Below, one piece after another: positions 58,308-64,000 of a stretch of DNA of 64,000 bases (within the stretch, counting starts at the first letter, position 1; every line of letters begins with the position of its first letter). Origin of the DNA: Candidatus Magasanikbacteria bacterium CG10_big_fil_rev_8_21_14_0_10_47_10 (GTDB lineage Bacteria; Patescibacteriota; Patescibacteriia; Magasanikbacterales; UBA922); NCBI GenBank assembly GCA_002773135.1, contig PFCB01000023.1, positions 1,018-65,017 on the forward strand. Direction: 5' to 3'. The notes beneath the pieces were generated by a model, which had not been told where the DNA came from, made no database searches, and saw only the letters and a program-made list of their open reading frames with translations. The position numbers and the translations under genes are program-made.

Positions 58308-59645
58308 ATGTCGCAATTGCCCACACCGCATCAGTATCAGATTCTCACATTCGGGTGCCAAATGAACAAAAATGACTCGGAGCGACTCGAGTCTATTTTT
58401 CGTGGTATGAATATGCTACCAACAGATTCATCTGAAAATGCGGACGTTATCATCATGAACAGCTGCTCTGTCCGCCAAAAGGCAGAGGATAAAATGTATG
58501 GCATGGCCAGAAATTTTGCCCATCTCAAAAAAAGGAAGCCGAATTTGATCGTGGGCATAACCGGCTGTATGCCCGGACGAGACGCCGATGGACGCATGAA
58601 GAAAAAATTGCAAGGGGTTGACCTTTTTTTTCCAACCCAGGATATGGTCTTCTTACCCAAATGGCTTGGCGAATTGAACCCTTCCATGCGCATGATGGAA
58701 GACTTGGATAAAGATTATCTTGCATTGCGACCAACCATTCAAAAAAAATCCCAGGCCTTTGTTACACTTCAAACAGGATGCAACCATTTTTGCACCTACT
58801 GCGTTGTTCCATTTGCGCGCGGACTGGAGCGAAACAGACCGCTGCGACACATATTGGATGAAGCAAATCATTTGGCTCGCGGCGGATGCGTTGAAATTAC
58901 GCTGCTTGGACAAATTGTGAATCACTACATTGCGCCGGATCCACGGCATTGGAGCACGCAAAACCCGTATGTACAAAGTGATTTTGCCAGACTCTTGTGG
59001 GAAATCAACCAAATAGATGGCATTGAGCGCATCCACTGGACTGCGCCACACCCCATCTTTATGACCGACGAAGTCATCGACGCGCTGACATTGCCAAAAC
59101 AAGTTAATTTTTTGCACCTTCCCGTACAATCGGGCAGTAATGCGGTGCTCAAACGCATGAACAGACGGCACACGCGCGAGATGTATATTGATTTAATAGC
59201 CACCATACGGGAAAAAATACCGCATATCGCTCTTGGCACGGATATCATTGTGGGATTTTGCGGTGAAACAAAGGAACAGTTTGAAGAGACGGTCGACCTG
59301 TACAAAACATGCAATTTTGATATATCATACACTGCCCAGTACTCCACGAGATCCGGAACCCTGGCAAAAAAAATCTTTCATGATGACGTTTCTCGAGATG
59401 AAAAAAAACGCAGATGGTGGGTTTTGCAGAAAATCATGGAAGAGACCGTCCTTAAAAAAAATCAGTTGTTTGTAGACTCAACAGTGTCTGTCATGGTAGA
59501 AGAATGCAGCGCCGGTTGGTGCACGGGCAACTCAAACGAAATGAAACGCGTACGATTTAAGGGCGATCCGCCGCTTGTCGGCAGTATTGTACCGGTTCAA
59601 ATATTTAAAGCAGAAGAGTGGATGCTGCATGGGATAAAAAATTAG
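58308..59645 (+). CDS. miaB: tRNA i6A37 methylthiotransferase
   Basis: TFGCQMN, NSCSVR, GCNHFCTYCVVP radical-SAM motif, TRAM tail; next to miaA. Confidence 0.93.
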   Translation: MSQLPTPHQYQILTFGCQMNKNDSERLESIFRGMNMLPTDSSENADVIIMNSCSVRQKAEDKMYGMARNFAHLKKRKPNLIVGITGCMPGRDADGRMKKKLQGVDLFFPTQDMVFLPKWLGELNPSMRMMEDLDKDYLALRPTIQKKSQAFVTLQTGCNHFCTYCVVPFARGLERNRPLRHILDEANHLARGGCVEITLLGQIVNHYIAPDPRHWSTQNPYVQSDFARLLWEINQIDGIERIHWTAPHPIFMTDEVIDALTLPKQVNFLHLPVQSGSNAVLKRMNRRHTREMYIDLIATIREKIPHIALGTDIIVGFCGETKEQFEETVDLYKTCNFDISYTAQYSTRSGTLAKKIFHDDVSRDEKKRRWWVLQKIMEETVLKKNQLFVDSTVSVMVEECSAGWCTGNSNEMKRVRFKGDPPLVGSIVPVQIFKAEEWMLHGIKN

Positions 59646-59687
59646 GGAAAGTGGCAATCCCAACTTCTGACTCCTTTTCATACCGAC

Positions 59688-60632
59688 ATGACCGAAAAAA
59701 TATTGCCAAAAGTCATTGTTATCGCGGGACCCACTGCATCCGGAAAGAGCGAGTGGAGTTTACAATTGGCAAAAAAAATAAATGCCGAGATCATTTGTGC
59801 CGATTCCAGGCAAGTATACAAAAAAATGGATATCGGAACGGCAAAAATTCGCGGCGAATGGGAATGGCGCGCCAACTGGCGCGGATTGCGTCACTCGTAT
59901 TTTGTGGATGATATCCATCATCACCTTATTGATTTTGTGGACCCCGGCAAACGGTTTACCGTAGCAGAATTTCGCGACAGGGCGATAAAGTATATCAAGC
60001 TGGCCTACAAAAACGATCGTATTCCCATGGTTGTGGGTGGAACCGGGTTGTACATTTCCGCGCTTATCAACAATTTTCATATCCCGCGCATTCCGCCAAA
60101 TACCAAACTCAGAAACAGCTTGGAAGATAAAACAAATGAACAACTGATGCAGCTGCTCTCAACACTGGACCCCGTGACCGCCGCGACAATAGATGCCCAC
60201 AACACACGGCGCATCATTCGCGCGCTTGAGGTTTGCATTCTCACCGGGGAACCGTTTTCGGGGCAGCGCGACCAGGGAGAATCCATGTTCAACTTTTTGC
60301 AGGTTGGCGTGCAGGTGGATAGAAACGTGCTGTACGACCGGATTGAGATGCGCGTGGACAAAATGATTGAACGGGGTCTGGTGCAAGAAATTGAAGGACT
60401 TCTCAAGCAAAAATATAGCTGGGAGCTGCCCAGCATGAGCGGCATTGGATATAAGCAATTCAAACACTACTTTGAAGGAACAAAAACGCTAGAAGAGGCC
60501 ACCGCCGCGCTCAAGCGCGATACGCGCCAATACGCAAGACGGCAGCTCACCTGGTTTCGCAAGGACAGCAATATGGAATGGCTTGATACGTATGATGACC
60601 TGGAACGCAGAGCCCTTGATTTTCTTGGATGA
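59688..60632 (+). CDS. miaA: tRNA dimethylallyltransferase
   Basis: GPTASGKS, DSRQVY..MDIGTAK, VGGTGLY, YARRQLTWF. Confidence 0.97.
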   Translation: MTEKILPKVIVIAGPTASGKSEWSLQLAKKINAEIICADSRQVYKKMDIGTAKIRGEWEWRANWRGLRHSYFVDDIHHHLIDFVDPGKRFTVAEFRDRAIKYIKLAYKNDRIPMVVGGTGLYISALINNFHIPRIPPNTKLRNSLEDKTNEQLMQLLSTLDPVTAATIDAHNTRRIIRALEVCILTGEPFSGQRDQGESMFNFLQVGVQVDRNVLYDRIEMRVDKMIERGLVQEIEGLLKQKYSWELPSMSGIGYKQFKHYFEGTKTLEEATAALKRDTRQYARRQLTWFRKDSNMEWLDTYDDLERRALDFLG

Positions 60633-60678
60633 ATGAAACTGTGCTATAGTTGAGTAGTAGAATTGTTTACATTGATAT

Positions 60679-61344
60679 ATGCCAGGAACACTCCCACCGG
60701 TTCTTCCCGGATCATCATCACCAAGTAGCGCCCCCAAAATTTCAGCGGGCGGTTGGGGTCGCGCGCAAGATCTATCCACGGCCAAGCTGGACCAGTACAA
60801 AGAGCGCGATCAGGCCAGAGTATCTATTGGCCAAGTTATATCGGGCAGCACCGGAAATCAAAAATCAACCTCTGTGTTTCACCCGGGCGGCGCGCCGGAG
60901 GACGCTGCGCTCACATCTATCACGCACGCGGGAGAGGCGCGGACATCCATCAATAGGCCGGACGAGGCGCAAGAACAGGAGCGGGCCGACCAGCGCAGAT
61001 ACGGCTTTATGCGCAGGATGATCAAGCAGCGGCAGCAGGAAGAAGCTGATTCGTCAGGATTAAAGGCCGGAACCGGTAGCGCCTTTACAAAAAAAGGTTT
61101 TACCAAGAAACTCAGGCATTTGGTCTTGTCAGATAAAGACAAATACAAGAATATTTCACAAAAGGACAGGGCATACTTTGGATCATTGGTTGAACGACAT
61201 GCCAAAACAAAGTCAACCGGCGCCGGATACAGCGTGGGCGACAAAAAACGCATGCGCCTGCAAATAGGTCGTGATGCAAGAGCCGGAAAAATTTCTCGCG
61301 AGGACGCAAAAGACTTTAAAAATATTGTTGATACGATGAAGTAG
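60679..61344 (+). CDS. Hypothetical basic protein
   Basis: 221-aa ORF followed by a terminator. Confidence 0.7.
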   Translation: MPGTLPPVLPGSSSPSSAPKISAGGWGRAQDLSTAKLDQYKERDQARVSIGQVISGSTGNQKSTSVFHPGGAPEDAALTSITHAGEARTSINRPDEAQEQERADQRRYGFMRRMIKQRQQEEADSSGLKAGTGSAFTKKGFTKKLRHLVLSDKDKYKNISQKDRAYFGSLVERHAKTKSTGAGYSVGDKKRMRLQIGRDARAGKISREDAKDFKNIVDTMK

Positions 61345-61365
61345 ACGAAAAAAAAGTTGCCTATC

Positions 61366-61395
61366 AAAAACCCGGCCATCACGGTCGGGTTTTTT
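61366..61395. terminator. Bidirectional terminator
   Basis: AAAAACCCGGCC-ATCAC-GGTCGGGTTTTT. Confidence 0.75.
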
Positions 61396-61474
61396 ATATA
61401 ATGCATGATTGATTCTCTTTGTGGCGTCTTCTATTTACCGTAGTCTGGAGATCGACATTCGCCGACCGCAGGTA

Positions 61475-63217
61475 CTACCGCCTCCCACGAATTTCTTCAA
61501 GAACACGCTCGATAAAAACTTTCCGCGTCATTCCTGTCTGTTCCTCTTGCCCGCGCACGCGGACGGTCAGTTCATCGCCGCCAAGCTCTTTGTCCCCTAT
61601 CACCAGTCCGTATGGAATTTTCAACGTAGCCGCCCTGCGAATCTTTTTCCCGACGGTTTCATCTGCAGCATCCAGCTCAGCACGAATTCCCACGGCCCGC
61701 AGTTCGTGCAAAAGCACACGCGCTCCATCCAAATGTTTGTCTGTCGATACGGGAATAAGCTGCACCTGGACAGGCGCCACCCACGTTGGAAATGCGCCGG
61801 CATGGTGCTCAATCAGTATGGACATAAATCGCTCAATGGAACCCATAATAGCGGCATGAATCATCACAATGCGCTCGTCCGATCCTTCTTCATTTACGCA
61901 CGTCAGATCAAAGCGCTCCGGCATATTGATATCAAGCTGTATGGTAGCCACTTGCCACTCACGCCCTATGGAGTCTTTTGTCATAAAGTCCACCTTTGGC
62001 CCATAAAACGCAGCCTCCCCAATCTGTTCCACATAATTCGCCCCTCTGTGCTTGGCAATATTTCTCAACGCGTTTTCCGCGTCATTCCAGAGCCGTGCGT
62101 CTCCCAAATACGCCTCAACATTATCCGGATCATGTAGCGATAGACGCACGGATAATTCGTTAAAACCAACCGCCTTGTAGAAAATATCAATAATATCCCA
62201 TACCTTTAAAAACTCTTCCTCTACCTGGGACTGCCGGCAAAACACATGCGCGTCATCCTGCGTAAATGACCGCACACGAGAAAGGCCATGCAATTCTCCT
62301 GTTTGCTCATCTCTATAACACATGGTGGTATTAGCATACCGCTGAGGCAGCTCCCGGTAACTCCACTCTTTTCTATCATAAATTTGCGTATGATGCGGAC
62401 AGTTCATGGGCTTCATGGCAAATTCATGTCCCTCACGGGTGGTGATTCGAAACAACTGATCTGAAAATTTTTGCCAGTGACCACTCACCTCATACAAATC
62501 CTTTTTTGTAATGTGCGGAATTTCAACGCGATCATAGCCACGCTCCTGCCTGAGCTCCCAAACATATGCGTCAAGCAGCAGGCGCATTATGGTGCCCCGC
62601 GGTGTCCATAGCGGCAGTCCTGAGCCAACCAAATCGGAAAACGTAAACAAATCCAATTCTTTCCCCAATTTTCTGTGATCGCGCTTTTTTGCTTCCTCCA
62701 GCATGTACAGATGCGCATCCAATTCATCTTTGGTCACAAAACACGTCCCGTATATACGGGTCAGCATTTTATTTTTTTCATCGCCGCGCCAGTATGCGCC
62801 AGCAATAGAAAGCAATTTAAAATGCTGCAACTCGCGGCTCGGATTTTCGCAGTGACCACCACGACACAAATCAGTAAAATGACCGGATGTGTAAGCTGTT
62901 AATGTTTTGTCTTCCCCTGCAAACTCATCAATAAGCTCATGTTTGAACTCATTTCCCGCAAACAAATCTTTTGCCTCCCCCACTGTCAGCTCTTTGCGTT
63001 CAAACCCTTTCCATTCTTTGACCAACTGGCGCATTCTTTTTTCTATTTTTGGCAAATCATTTTCAGATAACACCGTGTCGCCAAAGTCAAAATCATAATA
63101 AAATCCATTTTCAATTGGTGGTCCAATTGTCCGTTTCGCGTGCGGATACAAATCCATGACTGCGGCTGCCAGCAGGTGCGCGCAGGAGTGGCGAAGATTG
63201 TGTAGTGATTCTTCCAT
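61475..63217 (-). CDS. thrS: Threonine--tRNA ligase
   Basis: RHSCAH, DLCRGGH, KPMNCPHH, FYGPKVD, GSIERF. Confidence 0.97.
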   Translation of the reverse strand: MEESLHNLRHSCAHLLAAAVMDLYPHAKRTIGPPIENGFYYDFDFGDTVLSENDLPKIEKRMRQLVKEWKGFERKELTVGEAKDLFAGNEFKHELIDEFAGEDKTLTAYTSGHFTDLCRGGHCENPSRELQHFKLLSIAGAYWRGDEKNKMLTRIYGTCFVTKDELDAHLYMLEEAKKRDHRKLGKELDLFTFSDLVGSGLPLWTPRGTIMRLLLDAYVWELRQERGYDRVEIPHITKKDLYEVSGHWQKFSDQLFRITTREGHEFAMKPMNCPHHTQIYDRKEWSYRELPQRYANTTMCYRDEQTGELHGLSRVRSFTQDDAHVFCRQSQVEEEFLKVWDIIDIFYKAVGFNELSVRLSLHDPDNVEAYLGDARLWNDAENALRNIAKHRGANYVEQIGEAAFYGPKVDFMTKDSIGREWQVATIQLDINMPERFDLTCVNEEGSDERIVMIHAAIMGSIERFMSILIEHHAGAFPTWVAPVQVQLIPVSTDKHLDGARVLLHELRAVGIRAELDAADETVGKKIRRAATLKIPYGLVIGDKELGGDELTVRVRGQEEQTGMTRKVFIERVLEEIRGRR

Positions 63218-63333
63218 ATGGATAAATAAGGAGAAAAAAAACCCCGAGACAAAGCACAGGCGGTCGGCCTTCTCTCCCTAGACACTCGCTTTGGATGGTG
63301 TGGCTTTTGTCATCGCATCACATGAACAGAGTG

Positions 63334-63362
63334 AACGTACCACGGTGCCAATACACTGTCAA
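63334..63362 (-). promoter_or_regulatory. sigma70 promoter of thrS
   Basis: TTGACA-17 nt-TACGTT with TGn. Confidence 0.6.
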
Positions 63363-63364
63363 TG

Positions 63365-64000
63365 CTATTCAACCTCGGTCACAATGACATCAACATGATC
63401 GTGAATCTGCGGGACAGTACGCATCCACGCGGGATGAAGCTCTACGTCAACCCCGTTCACATGATCCAACGACAGCAAATACCGTCTCACCTCATCCTTT
63501 GTTTTGCCAAAAAATAATGGTTTTTCTATTTGCTTACTCTCCGGATTCAGTGTGACAATGCCATCGTAAAAAACCTGCACTCGCGCTGTCCCTTTTTCAG
63601 CGTCGTAGTCACCAAATGTAACGGTCGGCTCCCGCGAACCGGGACGGACATATTCAGCATCGGAAATGGCCCGCTTATCCAGCTGCTGAGAAGACCACTC
63701 CAATATGGTCTGCGGACTATAAAAGACACCGACCATTTTTGCGGTTCCCTTAATCGTAAACTCGGGAACTTCCTTTCCAATAAGGTCAGCGCTATCATCC
63801 ACCTGCAACTGAGAAATACCGTAAACCGCTGATGATTCCGGATGGTTGCCTTGTGCCCCCGTCTTACCTTTTTCAAGAAGATCCGCCTTCAGCTGCTCGG
63901 CCGCCTCGTCAATATCCGCCTGGCTAACCACGCCCACTGACCGAACGCCGCCGGCCATAGGCGCCCCACTCGTCGCATATACCTCCAACCGTCTTGATTC
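63365..64000 (-). CDS. Hypothetical protein, C-terminal part (baseplate-J-like pattern seen in CPR surface proteins); truncated at right edge
   Basis: Frame open to the window end; MAGG...VVSQADID..A and GKTKDE...V.VELHPAWMRTVP patterns. Confidence 0.6.
   Translation of the reverse strand, partial: ESRRLEVYATSGAPMAGGVRSVGVVSQADIDEAAEQLKADLLEKGKTGAQGNHPESSAVYGISQLQVDDSADLIGKEVPEFTIKGTAKMVGVFYSPQTILEWSSQQLDKRAISDAEYVRPGSREPTVTFGDYDAEKGTARVQVFYDGIVTLNPESKQIEKPLFFGKTKDEVRRYLLSLDHVNGVDVELHPAWMRTVPQIHDHVDVIVTEVE

Noticed and set aside
63218-63362. T-box riboswitch for thrS
   Set aside because: The leader is too short and GTGGTAC coincides with the promoter -10 region
63365-64000. Prophage baseplate gene
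   Set aside because: No other phage genes nearby; the resemblance is weak and the gene is truncated

Overview
Gene-dense 64 kb window of a small-genome bacterium using genetic code 11. Gene content and style (mostly SD-less housekeeping genes, DUF3048, low-complexity orphans) suggest Patescibacteria/CPR; this is inference, as no rRNA is present. Housekeeping genes include rnj, secG, rpmE-prfA-prmC, rplY, rodA, gyrB, secE-nusG-rplK, rplA, gatB, miaB-miaA and thrS. There is also an oxidative pentose-phosphate cluster, a dTTP cluster and two intact tRNA-Leu genes. Main observations: (1) a pyrimidine operon in which a CodA-like amidohydrolase and an argininosuccinate lyase stand where carAB/pyrB/pyrC would be expected, ahead of pyrD-pyrK-pyrE-pyrF and behind a leader-peptide attenuator; this is a candidate arginine+fumarate route to the pyrimidine ring. 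(2) An intact tRNA-Leu(CAG) nested in the anticodon arm of a second tRNA-Leu-like shell. (3) Four orphan low-complexity proteins sharing peptide motifs and a repeated upstream hairpin. (4) A TrmB regulator beside a DNPH1-like protein lacking its catalytic Glu and a GC-rich divergent dUTPase. (5) Several solitary GC-rich genes with Shine-Dalgarno-like sites, most of them antisense. No CRISPR array, rRNA, integrase or transposase was seen. All calls come from reading motifs by eye; no searches were run.
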